The position numbers were made by a program, and so were the translations under genes. Below are positions 26,869-36,980 of a stretch of DNA of 64,000 nt, one piece after another. The notes below the pieces were generated by a model. The model worked only from the letters and a program-made list of their open reading frames with translations. It did not search any database and had not been told where the DNA came from. How positions within the stretch are numbered: the first letter of the stretch is position 1; each line of letters begins with the position of its first letter. This DNA is from Escherichia phage tuntematon: the sequence record NC_052660.1. The stretch is one strand, 5' to 3'.

Positions 26869-27261
26869 ATGACTGAACGTTCTAAGATAGCTGTTGAAAC
26901 TGTTTATGGAAACTATACCAGTTTGACACTAGTTGAGAAAAATGTTGTAGGTCTTGACAACTCTTTTTATTTTCAAATTTTGGTTATTCAAGGTGGAAAC
27001 AAGAAGCTAACTGCTCGTGTTGAAACATCTGAAATAATTGAAACCACTGTTACAAACAAAGAATTCATTTCACTGCAAGATACAATCCGAAACGTTATAG
27101 ACGAAGAAGGCAAAGCTGCCACAATTAAACTCGGAGGTTTCCCAGTGCAAATAGTTCATTTTCCTAATGGTGAAATTGGAGTTGGAATAGGTAAAGGTAA
27201 ATACCTGTTAGAGCAAGATGATATGGAAAGACTCCGCTCTTTCTGTGCAAAATTAATGTAA
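26869..27261 (+). CDS. hypothetical protein
   Basis: 130 aa ORF after a TTGACA-containing promoter-like stretch (26831-26860). Confidence 0.45.
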   Translation: MTERSKIAVETVYGNYTSLTLVEKNVVGLDNSFYFQILVIQGGNKKLTARVETSEIIETTVTNKEFISLQDTIRNVIDEEGKAATIKLGGFPVQIVHFPNGEIGVGIGKGKYLLEQDDMERLRSFCAKLM

Positions 27262-27277
27262 TGTAGAGGAGATAATA

Positions 27278-28165
27278 ATGTCCGTAATTAATACTGAAAC
27301 TGATCGTAAAGGCAAAACTGTAACTTATGCAACTGGTATCGTAGACTACGTTAAACTGGATAAATTCGCTGAACCTAAAACTTTTCATTGGGAAGGAAAA
27401 ACGATTGTTTCAACTCACCGAGCTTCTCTTGTTCTGAAAGAGAAAGGTGCTAAACCAGATGAGAAAGGTGTTTGGATTTCTCTTGGTGACATTGAACTGA
27501 AAGAAGGTTATGAAAACCTACAAGTCAAAGAAGGTGATAACTGGATCACTATTGAAAAAGGTGTAGAAGTAAGTATTGATATTGATCGCGTTGATAATAA
27601 AGGCGGTAAAACTTACTACAATACTAAAAAATCTCGTATTACAGTATTGTCTACCGATGGTGTTCAGAAGTCTAACAAATCTTCTGGCAATAAGGGGTCC
27701 AACGATGCGGCTCCTAAACAATCCTATAAAAAACGTGATACTGTAGGTCTGGAAACTGGTCACGCAGTAAATGGTGCACTGGAACTGATTCGTAATGGTG
27801 TTAAAGGTGATGCTTTCGATATCGCTGGGGTTGTTCAATCTGCAACTGTCACACTGAAATCGGAAATTGCTGAATCTCGTGGCGTTGATATTAATGATTA
27901 TGATCTTGGGGCATCTGTTGGTCACGCTATCCTCAATGCTTGTAAAGACCATACCATTAAGACTGTATCTGTAGAAGATCTGATTGATTCTGCTCGTAAA
28001 GTTCTGGCTCTGTCTGATAAAGTTGCTGCTGCCATTCGTGGTTCCGCAGAACAACCTAAGAAAGAAGAGAAGAAAGAAGTTAAGAAACCTGAACCACAAC
28101 CAGAACCAACTCCAAGTAATCAAGAAGAACCTCCAATGGACTTCGACGATGATATTCCATTCTGA
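27278..28165 (+). CDS. single-stranded DNA-binding protein-like, with SSB-type acidic C-terminal tip
   Basis: Last residues EEPPMDFDDDIPF reproduce the canonical bacterial SSB tip (PPMDFDDDIPF); Pro/Glu/Lys-rich linker precedes it; N-terminal domain not recognisable by eye. Confidence 0.6.
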   Translation: MSVINTETDRKGKTVTYATGIVDYVKLDKFAEPKTFHWEGKTIVSTHRASLVLKEKGAKPDEKGVWISLGDIELKEGYENLQVKEGDNWITIEKGVEVSIDIDRVDNKGGKTYYNTKKSRITVLSTDGVQKSNKSSGNKGSNDAAPKQSYKKRDTVGLETGHAVNGALELIRNGVKGDAFDIAGVVQSATVTLKSEIAESRGVDINDYDLGASVGHAILNACKDHTIKTVSVEDLIDSARKVLALSDKVAAAIRGSAEQPKKEEKKEVKKPEPQPEPTPSNQEEPPMDFDDDIPF

Positions 28166-28189
28166 TCTTATTGATTTATAAAGAGTTTT

Positions 28190-28228
28190 TATAAAAGAAA
28201 GGAGCCATTTGGCTCCTTTTCTTATTTA
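28190..28228. terminator. bidirectional rho-independent terminator at the convergence of the two arms
   Basis: AAAGGAGCC-attt-GGCTCCTTT hairpin flanked by T-runs on both strands, between the + strand SSB-like gene and the - strand fibre gene. Confidence 0.7.
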
Positions 28229-30894
28229 TAATTGGAAGGAATGTTGTTATAATCTGAAAGTTTTGTGCAATACCTGAATAGGTAACTATTAGCTACTCCG
28301 CCTAATGTATTTGTTAATGTTGTTCCTGTTCCTGTAAGATTTGTGCATCCACTAAAGAAAGAAGATAATGCTCCACGTTTACCACAAACAGTTAACCCTG
28401 GGTTGTCATTAAAGATTTTATTAAAATCTGTAAGTGCTAAACAACCTTGGAATGTAGCTGTTAAAGAGGTCACTTTCGTTGGAATATTATCAAACATTCC
28501 TGCTGGAACTTCTGCAAGAGAGGTGCAATCTTTAAAGGTGTAAGAATATCTTGTAACTTTTGATAGATTCTTAAATAAATCTGAAGGAATAGATGTTAAA
28601 GATGTACAACCTTCAAACGTGCTTGACATTGTTGTCAGCGAAGGAAATAAAGCATCACTGAATAATCCTTCAGGGATAGCTGTCAAACTTGTACAGCCAG
28701 AGAAGATACCACTTATAGATGTTCCGGTGTAAGATGTGTTACTAAAACAATCAGAAGTTATTCGTCTTAAGTTAGCACAACCTTTTAAGAATTGTGAGGC
28801 TGGGCTTGTAGAATAACCAATTCTGTTGCCGCCCCATAATTCTAAAAGATTTGGATTTGCTTCCATAGACACATCAACACTATTCACTACTGAAGCACTT
28901 GCAAATTCAATAGCCAGTCTATATTCTCCTGTTGGATAACTATCCACTGTAGAGAAAGCTTTATTTCTAAATATTACTTTATTTGAAGGTATTACAACGT
29001 CATCCACCTTAACTACAAAGTTAGCTGGTGTGACAGTACCCGATAAAATTGGGAACGTAATTGCCCCATCTGCCGAGTGGTTGAAATATCCGTTTAGAAC
29101 CGTTAAGCTACTACTAGGAGATGGAGCTAACTCCTTTCCCGCAACAGCATTCACCGTTAAATAAGAACTATCAGAAGCGGTAACAACACCTTGATACGTA
29201 GCTGTGCAACCAATCCTACAACCACCATCACCAACACCAGTTATTACACCAGTTGTAGGATCTACTGTAGCAACATTAGGATCTGTAGTTGTATACTCAA
29301 CAACCATACCAGGTAAGCTTGCTGCCCCTGTTGGCGTTATTTCTGCTACCATTGTTTGTGTTGTTCCTACATCCATTGCAGATAAGCTAGGGGTGTAAAC
29401 GCTCAATGTTGAAGCATATCCTCCAGAGGTATCTGATAAAGTTGTTCCTTCAGCGTTTAAGGCTGTCATACCTGCATCAAAACCACCTTCTGCATGGAAA
29501 GTCATTAAACCAGTAGATGATATTGTCATGTTTGCAGGGGCAGAAGAAGTGTATTTAATATCGAAAAGTTTACCTCCTTCTGGGCTAACAGAATGTGTCA
29601 ACTGTTTAGTTCCACCTACAATACAAATTCCTAAAGAATCTGTAGTTAAGCCAGTTGCCAGAATATCACCCGTAATCACGGAGCTTGCTATTGGTGTGAA
29701 TTTATTATAGTTTAGACCACTATTGAACAGATACGAGGCTTTCCCATCTTTCCAAATACCGGAATAATACATATCTCCATTATAAACGAAAAAGGTTCCT
29801 TGATAACCTAATTGGTTAGTAACATCCATATTCAGCGTATGAACGCTTGTGAGCTTGTTTATATCCCAAGAACCCACTCCTTCAGGTTTAACTGGTTTCC
29901 CCACTTGGAGTGGATCTCCGCTCGCAGAATCATACCCCAAACCTAAGTTTGCAGTGTAGTTCTTACCAATAGCCCACAAGGAATTATTGATCCCAACGAA
30001 AAAAGAGTGGCGGCTTGGTGGAAACTTCCATGTTGAGAAACCTGCTGCAAAGGTATCCAGTTTAGTGTAGGTTGTTTCTGTATTAGATCTAACATATAAG
30101 TAGTTTACTGTACCCGTGCCACCGGAGGTATCTCCTACAACTATTGTCTGGGAAACTGTATTGATGTAATCTTTGACATACACTGTTTCAGTAGCGGATA
30201 TCTTGGCATTGACAAAAGCTGTTGTTGTGTTATTATTACCTGCTAAACCTTTACTAGCTCCACAAACACGCAAGGTTCCCACATTGTTGACATAAGAGCA
30301 TTGGTTGTAACCTGCATCAAAAGCAACTGCTGCACTTGTTATCTGACGAGGAGTAGAAACTTCGTTAGTAGTACTTGCACCTAAACTACCTACTGTGTTT
30401 TGACCTGATCCATAAAGAACACCACTATTCATTAACCAGAGAGTGTTATTATATCCTCCCTTAACCTCTTTAAGATTAGCTAAAGAGATAGTCCCTGTTA
30501 TTACAGATGGAAAGCTGGTCCAAGTAGTTACACATGCGTCCGTACCACCTGCTGCTATAGATCCTACCAATCCTGCTGTCAATCCTGAATATTGCCATCC
30601 ACCACTGTTAGTTTTAATAACAAAACAACGATCTGCGGTAAACACATCCGCTACTACAGTAGAAGCTAAGTGGAAATTATTGAATCGTGCACTACGAGTT
30701 CCATCTGCAATCTCACCAAAGAGGTTTGCGCCTTGAGTAAACAATCTACCATCATTAAGCAAAATTGCTAAACTGCTGTTAGAATTACCAGCATTATCTG
30801 GGTAATCTAAAGCGATTACTTTTTTAACAATACCTGCTGGCAGAGGAACGACACCAGTGCTGGTCATAATAGTAAATATTGGAATTGGAAACAT
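28222..30894 (-). CDS. tail fibre/spike protein with C-terminal BspA-type leucine-rich repeats
   Basis: 890 aa; C-terminal repeats FSGCTSLTAIPEGLF / FEGCTSLTSIPSDLF / FKDCTSLAEVPAGMF / FQGCLALTDF / FSGCTNLTG; Gly/Thr/Ser-rich N-terminal part. Confidence 0.55.
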   Translation of the reverse strand: MFPIPIFTIMTSTGVVPLPAGIVKKVIALDYPDNAGNSNSSLAILLNDGRLFTQGANLFGEIADGTRSARFNNFHLASTVVADVFTADRCFVIKTNSGGWQYSGLTAGLVGSIAAGGTDACVTTWTSFPSVITGTISLANLKEVKGGYNNTLWLMNSGVLYGSGQNTVGSLGASTTNEVSTPRQITSAAVAFDAGYNQCSYVNNVGTLRVCGASKGLAGNNNTTTAFVNAKISATETVYVKDYINTVSQTIVVGDTSGGTGTVNYLYVRSNTETTYTKLDTFAAGFSTWKFPPSRHSFFVGINNSLWAIGKNYTANLGLGYDSASGDPLQVGKPVKPEGVGSWDINKLTSVHTLNMDVTNQLGYQGTFFVYNGDMYYSGIWKDGKASYLFNSGLNYNKFTPIASSVITGDILATGLTTDSLGICIVGGTKQLTHSVSPEGGKLFDIKYTSSAPANMTISSTGLMTFHAEGGFDAGMTALNAEGTTLSDTSGGYASTLSVYTPSLSAMDVGTTQTMVAEITPTGAASLPGMVVEYTTTDPNVATVDPTTGVITGVGDGGCRIGCTATYQGVVTASDSSYLTVNAVAGKELAPSPSSSLTVLNGYFNHSADGAITFPILSGTVTPANFVVKVDDVVIPSNKVIFRNKAFSTVDSYPTGEYRLAIEFASASVVNSVDVSMEANPNLLELWGGNRIGYSTSPASQFLKGCANLRRITSDCFSNTSYTGTSISGIFSGCTSLTAIPEGLFSDALFPSLTTMSSTFEGCTSLTSIPSDLFKNLSKVTRYSYTFKDCTSLAEVPAGMFDNIPTKVTSLTATFQGCLALTDFNKIFNDNPGLTVCGKRGALSSFFSGCTNLTGTGTTLTNTLGGVANSYLFRYCTKLSDYNNIPSNYK

Positions 30895-30904
30895 TTAAAC
30901 CCTC

Positions 30905-30932
30905 CATAAAAAGAAAGCCCCTTTCGGGGCTT
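30905..30932 (-). terminator. rho-independent terminator (- strand)
   Basis: On the - strand, GAAGCCCCGAAAGGGGCTTTC hairpin followed by TTTCTTTTTAT. Confidence 0.6.
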
Positions 30933-30935
30933 CTG

Positions 30936-32960
30936 TTATCGTGTTACAACAACCATGTCCACGATATCACCCACACCAGGATACGTTAATTGCAAAATTG
31001 TTACTGCGTTAGCAGTAGTTGCTATTTCTGTATCATTTAGTGCTCCATAAGACGCATCTAGTGTAACCGTGTGTCCCGTTGTATCTTGAATCAAATAAAT
31101 CATTGCTGAAAACGCTTTAGGTTTTGTAGAGCCAGTGACACCAGGCCATGCTCCAACTGTCAGAGCGTCAGTTACTGTAACAACATACATATTGGAAGTT
31201 CCAGAAGGAGTCCAAGATGCTCCAGAGTTGGCAGTAGTTGTTTCAAGTTCCATGAAACCTGCTGTAACTTTAGTTGGTGTTATAGCTTCCGTAGGATCTG
31301 ATCCTGATATTTCGATCCAGTTTCCATCAGAACGACCATACGTCAAGCCGTCTTGAGGGGCTTCTGGTATACTAGGAAGAGTTCCTATAAGTGTCCACGT
31401 AGAAGAATCTGTTTTCTTAAACACTGCTCCAGTGGTAGTATTGAAGGCGTAATCATTGATAACACCGTCTCCTGCGACTGGATTAGTTGTTGCTACAAAC
31501 CATTGTGCGCCGTCCTTACCGTTGGTCCCATTAGTACCATTGGTTCCGTTTGCTCCTGGATCACCTTTCTCACCTTTATCTCCCTTCTCGCCTTTGTCAC
31601 CTTTAATACTCCCCATGTCAACAAAAGATGCGGAATTGGTGTCTTGATCATAAGTATAGATGTAAAGATTACTGGTGTCTTCAGTTAAATAAGCATCGCC
31701 ATAGTTATTATAAACGGGGAGAGCTTCTCCATTTGCAACATGACCTTTAGCTGTAATAGATCTACCACCCAAACTACCCACATTGAGCCACGTTTGATTG
31801 TCGTCGATCCACACGTAAAGGTCATTTTTTACAATGTAGGCATCACCAACCTCCGCTACAGACGGTAGTTCTGAAACATCTGACAATTCGCCATTTACAG
31901 AAAGACCTGCACCAACCGGACCTTGGATACCTTGAACACCCTGTTCACCTTGTGGACCAGGATCTCCCTTATCTCCTTTGTCCCCCTTCTCTCCTTTTAA
32001 GGAAGCAACAAAATCTACTTCTGTCCCTTCATTACCAGCATCCAGCCAACTTTGATATGCAGATTTCCCTTCGTCTCCATCTGTTCCATCTAGACCGTCT
32101 TTACCTGCCTCACCTTGTGGACCTTGAGGACCAACAATATTACCCATGTTGACCCAAGCTGTCCCATTAGAGACATAAAGATTGCCATTGATAGAATAAG
32201 CTTGGCTTACGTTTTCAGAGTTAGGTTGTGGTAAGTTACTTGTAGAAGGCAAATCCCCACGATAATCAAAACCGTTGGCGTTAACACCAGGTGCTCCCTG
32301 TGGCCCTGTAGGACCAACATCGCCTTTATCGCCTTTTATAGAGGTAAGAAAATCATAAACAGACCCTGTATTACCATCTGCCAACCATACCTCGTAAGCT
32401 GATTTACCTTCTGGCCCAAGAGAAGAAATAAGTTTCCAAACAGAACCATCCCAAGCGTAAATCACATCACCTACAATATAACCATCCCCTGCAACGTTAC
32501 CTGTAGATGGTAGTTCACTAGTGCTTGCTAATGATCCTTTAATATTAAGTTGAGCACCAGTATCCCCTTTCAAAGAGGCAAGCCATTGTGCTTCTGTTCC
32601 AACAAAACCATTATCAAGTGCGATCTGATAAGCCGATTTACCAGCTTCAGGTATTGTTTCCGACAGATCATCAATCTGTTGCTGCACTGCCGTAAACTTG
32701 GCATTGATAATTGCTATATCATCAGCGGTCCCAACACTTTGCCATGCAAGGGAAGAAATACCACCTGTGGTGGCTGGCGTAGAGTTTGCTGGAACTACTT
32801 TAGGAAAAGTTCCTTTCCATTGGTAATAATTCCCTTCTGCTGCTAACAGCAAAACTTCACGGGAATTACGTAATGTAAAACCTGCCTCAAAGCTGCGACG
32901 TTTTCGATAAGTAGCTTCTACCAGATCGGCTATCGCACTATTAGGTCTTGTTAAATTCAT
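30936..32960 (-). CDS. tail fibre protein with collagen-like G-X-Y blocks and phage tail-fibre repeats
   Basis: 674 aa; several G-X-Y runs (e.g. GEKGDKGDKGDPGPQGEQGVQGIQGPVG) interleaved with three copies of a KSAY[QE]xWL..GN.G....F..S.KG module typical of phage tail-fibre repeats. Confidence 0.7.
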   Translation of the reverse strand: MNLTRPNSAIADLVEATYRKRRSFEAGFTLRNSREVLLLAAEGNYYQWKGTFPKVVPANSTPATTGGISSLAWQSVGTADDIAIINAKFTAVQQQIDDLSETIPEAGKSAYQIALDNGFVGTEAQWLASLKGDTGAQLNIKGSLASTSELPSTGNVAGDGYIVGDVIYAWDGSVWKLISSLGPEGKSAYEVWLADGNTGSVYDFLTSIKGDKGDVGPTGPQGAPGVNANGFDYRGDLPSTSNLPQPNSENVSQAYSINGNLYVSNGTAWVNMGNIVGPQGPQGEAGKDGLDGTDGDEGKSAYQSWLDAGNEGTEVDFVASLKGEKGDKGDKGDPGPQGEQGVQGIQGPVGAGLSVNGELSDVSELPSVAEVGDAYIVKNDLYVWIDDNQTWLNVGSLGGRSITAKGHVANGEALPVYNNYGDAYLTEDTSNLYIYTYDQDTNSASFVDMGSIKGDKGEKGDKGEKGDPGANGTNGTNGTNGKDGAQWFVATTNPVAGDGVINDYAFNTTTGAVFKKTDSSTWTLIGTLPSIPEAPQDGLTYGRSDGNWIEISGSDPTEAITPTKVTAGFMELETTTANSGASWTPSGTSNMYVVTVTDALTVGAWPGVTGSTKPKAFSAMIYLIQDTTGHTVTLDASYGALNDTEIATTANAVTILQLTYPGVGDIVDMVVVTR
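31510..32350 (-). repeat. collagen-like triplet-repeat coding blocks (four G-X-Y runs)
   Basis: Nucleotide-level 9-bp periodic repeats encoding G-X-Y triplets at roughly 31510-31610, 31915-32000, 32070-32150 and 32285-32350. Confidence 0.6.
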
Positions 32961-32996
32961 TTATCTCTCCTATCATTAGACCATTCTATTGGAAGA

Positions 32997-33016
32997 AGAG
33001 GGGGGAATCCCCCTCT
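32997..33016 (-). terminator. GC-rich stem-loop (terminator-like, weak U-tract)
   Basis: AGAGGGGG-gaat-CCCCCTCT perfect hairpin between the two fibre genes. Confidence 0.35.
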
Positions 33017-33022
33017 ATTCCA

Positions 33023-36000
33023 TTAGGTTGTTGGCACATCTACTACTGGCGTTGGGCGAATAACCGCAGTATTACCTACAGAAACATTACTGGAATCATT
33101 AGGTATGGTTTTAATTCTAACTCCAGCACTTGTAGGCGTTACAATTGGATCTGCAATGTCTATTTTAACTGGGTTAGTCCACGTATCATTATCTTGATAA
33201 GGTGCACGAGTAATAACTGTGTCCAAATCTGCTCCACCTACGCCAGCACCAGGAATACGGATACGTGTCCCTGCTGATAGAGGGTAATGATACAACCAAG
33301 AAGCATTTGTTGCTGTCCCGTTAGGAGTCAAGTTCTGTGTCAGGAAGGTATCTCCTGCCTGTGTAGCTCGAATACCGAAAGCTGGGATATCTGGAATATA
33401 TGCCCCACTTGTTGTTACAAGGAAGAACGTATTATCCGCCTTGACTATCATATCACCTTTGTCAAACTCTTTCCCTGTTGGGAAATGCATTCCATCAATG
33501 TTTCGACTAGGATTAGGCTCTAAGTAATAAACTTTGCCCGTTGTCCCTACAATAGCTCCAATACCACCTGCGATATTGGTATACATATTAGCTTCAACAT
33601 TACAGTTGACACGATGAATATCCGAGTAACGGCAACGGCTCCACTGTGGACGACCAGTAACCATCGTCTTGCCATCTGGGTAACAGTTTACGTTAACCAT
33701 TTCAAGAACAGATTTTTCTCTACGGAAGAATCCATCATAAAATGTCCCTGGACCAGATTCAGGTTGACCAACACAATCGAAGATATTACAGGTGATGTTA
33801 GACATTGAAAGCCAAGAAGCTATACCGAACAACTGCAATGCAGCGCAACGAATATTTTCAAAGCTAACTCTGTTTTCATAACCTGGCCCAGCGGAAACTC
33901 CTGCAAAAACACGCCCAGTTTTGGTGTGAATGTTACGAACAGAATAGTTAAAGCATGGGTTTGAAGGTCTACCCTGTGCCGGAACTACCGGATTACCCTC
34001 TTCGTCCAGAACTGCGTTAGTTCCCCACTCCAAATAAATCATACGGATATTACTTGCAAGTGTGCTACCGTCTGTTTTAGGTTCTCCATAAACACCGTCA
34101 ATCGTAAAATCTTTACTTCCATACATTACAACTGCGCCAGTTGCCAAACCTGTTCCAACAGATACGGTTTGATCTGGATCGCCATGAATGTTTTCGATAG
34201 AAATATTACGACCAACTTCTACGTGGACAATCTGACGGCAACGTTTTGCAAAAACGTTACGAATTGTAATATTCTTGCAATATTGATCATCAGAGATTCC
34301 GTAACCATATGGTCCTTTACCAGCTACACCGATACCGATACCCCAGTTGGACAGAGGAATAGGAGCGTTAGTCCCATCGATATTAGACAGGTAAATATTC
34401 TCAATCACACAACCATCGTCATAATGTTTATTGATGACGTTCAGTTCTATTGCATCACCTTGCATGTCCATGAAGGTAAGGTTACGGAAGACACCGCGTG
34501 TTACTGGCTCCCCTGTCCCTTGTTGAAGGATGCCATATAACCCGTTTTTAAAAGTACAATTATCAATTTCAAAAGTACCTGATATTGGGTTGCCTTGGAA
34601 TACCAAGCTACCAACTTGACCTGCGCGAGGAGCACCGTCCCACAAACAATCGAACATGCGCACAGCACCACCCCAATACATAACACGAGAGTTACGGAAA
34701 GTTGTGCCTTCTACTGTAGCATTCTGCACACGATAGTCGCGTTGACCACGGAACACACCCCCACGCAAAGTGATACCTTGAATATCAAAAGAGCTTGTCG
34801 TGAAAGTCATATCGCAACCGTAAGCATCGAGAATCTTACTTTTCGAAGCTTTTGCTGCTAACAGTGCCGCCTGGAAAGCTGCTTCTGGTGTGGTATAGGT
34901 GGTTGTATTGTTAGCAAATTCTGACAAGTAGACAACATCGAATAAATCATTGTATGTTCCACCGCGAGGGGTTAACAGTCCTTCTGTATTAGTTAGAACC
35001 CATGCGTTTGGACCTAATCCACCGCTTGTCTCCAATGTGTCAGAGGCCAAAATACTTTTTGGTAAACTCCCCGCCCAACGATAACGACCAGCACCACGTC
35101 CAATCGTCTGATTTTTAGCTGTCAGAGTTACATTATTACCAAAGCTTGTAGGCAAATGAACAAACTGTCCACGTTCAACAGCCAGTGCAGAAAGATCTAC
35201 AGATCCCCCAGAGTAAGTCATTACTCCAGAAACAGACAGGGATGTTAAAGTTCCTGTAATGTTAGGAGGTAGTGTGTAGGAAGACTGTGCTACCGGATCA
35301 TATAGGGCTTTAATACCTGTTAAAGACTGTCCTGCTGTAGCATAAGCTACCTCATCATCTAACAAACCATACTTACGAGCAATGGTTTGCAGCGGAACTT
35401 TATCCATGCTTTCTGTCAGTTCTTCAGTTTTTGTTTCTAAACTGACAAGACGGTTCTCTAAGTTAGGATCTGTATCTGCGGAAGCTACAATTTTACCAAT
35501 GTAAGCAAAAAGCTTGTTTGGTAATCCTGTTGCAGGATCATGCCCCAAAGGTTCAGATAAAATGATTTTACTATCTTCTATGCGGAAAGCTTCTCCCAAA
35601 ACCTGAATAACACCATTGATCGTAACAATAGCACTATCAAAGATGTAGGGTGGACTGATTACTGTTTCATAACCAGTTGCACCAGAATATACCCAAGGGG
35701 TGACTTCTGTTGCCAATTGTTCTGTCTTCAGTCCCCACAATACCCAGTTGTTATCTCCTACTGGAGTCCCTTGCATAGGGATTGGGTTAACCAATGTAGC
35801 GTTAGGAGCATAGTAATAACCGCTCAATACCCCATTCTGGAAATAACGAAGTTGGTTAAAAACTGTTTCGTTTGTGCCTTGCGCCCAATCTAATGGGCTT
35901 TTAAAGAAAAAGTTGTCAACAAGGGCTTTTCTCAGGGTTGGTATCAACCCTGATTCTGTTTCAATACTCTCTGTAGCACTTCCATTAATAACATCATGGA

Positions 36001-36076
36001 GTTGGTTAGATGAGAAAATAACCAGGTCTACGCCCTGTTCGAGAGACGTTGCTGGATATGTTGGGAATGTTGCCAT
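33023..36076 (-). CDS. tailspike/tail-fibre protein, possible beta-helix depolymerase domain
   Basis: 1017 aa; central region has recurring short N/G/I/V-rich strand-like segments (e.g. NITIRNVFAKRCRQIVHVEVGRNISIENIHG) suggestive of a parallel beta-helix. Confidence 0.4.
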   Translation of the reverse strand: MATFPTYPATSLEQGVDLVIFSSNQLHDVINGSATESIETESGLIPTLRKALVDNFFFKSPLDWAQGTNETVFNQLRYFQNGVLSGYYYAPNATLVNPIPMQGTPVGDNNWVLWGLKTEQLATEVTPWVYSGATGYETVISPPYIFDSAIVTINGVIQVLGEAFRIEDSKIILSEPLGHDPATGLPNKLFAYIGKIVASADTDPNLENRLVSLETKTEELTESMDKVPLQTIARKYGLLDDEVAYATAGQSLTGIKALYDPVAQSSYTLPPNITGTLTSLSVSGVMTYSGGSVDLSALAVERGQFVHLPTSFGNNVTLTAKNQTIGRGAGRYRWAGSLPKSILASDTLETSGGLGPNAWVLTNTEGLLTPRGGTYNDLFDVVYLSEFANNTTTYTTPEAAFQAALLAAKASKSKILDAYGCDMTFTTSSFDIQGITLRGGVFRGQRDYRVQNATVEGTTFRNSRVMYWGGAVRMFDCLWDGAPRAGQVGSLVFQGNPISGTFEIDNCTFKNGLYGILQQGTGEPVTRGVFRNLTFMDMQGDAIELNVINKHYDDGCVIENIYLSNIDGTNAPIPLSNWGIGIGVAGKGPYGYGISDDQYCKNITIRNVFAKRCRQIVHVEVGRNISIENIHGDPDQTVSVGTGLATGAVVMYGSKDFTIDGVYGEPKTDGSTLASNIRMIYLEWGTNAVLDEEGNPVVPAQGRPSNPCFNYSVRNIHTKTGRVFAGVSAGPGYENRVSFENIRCAALQLFGIASWLSMSNITCNIFDCVGQPESGPGTFYDGFFRREKSVLEMVNVNCYPDGKTMVTGRPQWSRCRYSDIHRVNCNVEANMYTNIAGGIGAIVGTTGKVYYLEPNPSRNIDGMHFPTGKEFDKGDMIVKADNTFFLVTTSGAYIPDIPAFGIRATQAGDTFLTQNLTPNGTATNASWLYHYPLSAGTRIRIPGAGVGGADLDTVITRAPYQDNDTWTNPVKIDIADPIVTPTSAGVRIKTIPNDSSNVSVGNTAVIRPTPVVDVPTT

Positions 36077-36079
36077 TAA

Positions 36080-36415
36080 TTACCCCTTATTCTGTGTACG
36101 TTTAACTATGTCATCTAGCATCATTTGGATAGTCGCATTCTTGAGATCCATAATCTTTTCAATTTTTTGCTCAAGGGTGTTGTTATTTGCCATTAATGTA
36201 GAGTTAATTTGATTTAGCATCTGGGTAAGTTCGGCTTTAGTTGCGTAAGTTGATTCAACAAAGACCAACTTCTTCTCTAGCTCTCGACTTTTCTCCTCCA
36301 TTTCCTCAAGATCAGAGCCGAATTTATCCATTTTTTGTTTGAAAAAGAACCAGATGACTCCGATTAAAGGGATAATTGCATCCTTGGCAAGTCCCCATGC
36401 TTCTTGAAATTCCAT
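36080..36415 (-). CDS. hypothetical protein with N-terminal TM segment and coiled coil
   Basis: 111 aa; hydrophobic IIPLIGVIWFFF followed by a charged helical region. Confidence 0.35.
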   Translation of the reverse strand: MEFQEAWGLAKDAIIPLIGVIWFFFKQKMDKFGSDLEEMEEKSRELEKKLVFVESTYATKAELTQMLNQINSTLMANNNTLEQKIEKIMDLKNATIQMMLDDIVKRTQNKG

Positions 36416-36425
36416 ACTGTATCCC

Positions 36426-36965
36426 TTACTGAGTAGGTCTATCAGGCCACTGAATGTTGTTCAAGTCTTTCAGATCTAATAGAACTAAAGATGCTCGGTA
36501 TAACTTAACAGCTTTTAACCATTTTTCTTGTTCCTCTGACAAACCTTGCAACTCCTGCAAATCTGTCAAAGCACCTATTTGGTTTCCAGCCCACGTCAAT
36601 TCTGTCTCTAGTGTAGTATCCACGTCTTCTTGTGTCCAAGTATTGTGTTTTTCAAAAGTTGTTCCGTTATATCTCCATTGTCTTGGATATTCGGTCATAC
36701 CTTTTGGAACACTATCTGTAACAACAACACGCATATTGTGGGGGAATAATCCTACCGCATCTTCCCCTACACCTAAAACTAAATTATCAGTATTCAAACT
36801 AACAAAATATGCATCAGGATACTTAGCATCCAACTCTTTCGACAAATCGTACCAATCCCTGCCAGACGAATCTCTTAAAAATCCTACCCCTAAACCAATT
36901 AAAAAGAGCGTATCTTCATTAGGTTCTGGAGTATATAGTTCAAAACCATCGTAAACAATGTTCAT
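36426..36965 (-). CDS. hypothetical protein (tail-fibre region)
   Basis: 179 aa ORF between fibre-like genes. Confidence 0.35.
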   Translation of the reverse strand: MNIVYDGFELYTPEPNEDTLFLIGLGVGFLRDSSGRDWYDLSKELDAKYPDAYFVSLNTDNLVLGVGEDAVGLFPHNMRVVVTDSVPKGMTEYPRQWRYNGTTFEKHNTWTQEDVDTTLETELTWAGNQIGALTDLQELQGLSEEQEKWLKAVKLYRASLVLLDLKDLNNIQWPDRPTQ

Positions 36966-36980
36966 TATTTATTCTCCTAC

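Noticed and set aside
31456-32152. Nucleotide periodic repeats that could be mistaken for a CRISPR or tandem-repeat array
   Set aside because: They are in-frame G-X-Y codon repeats inside the collagen-like tail-fibre gene on the - strand; the units are too short and spacing is not spacer-like. The Pro/Leu/Ser-rich + strand ORFs over this region are antisense shadows.
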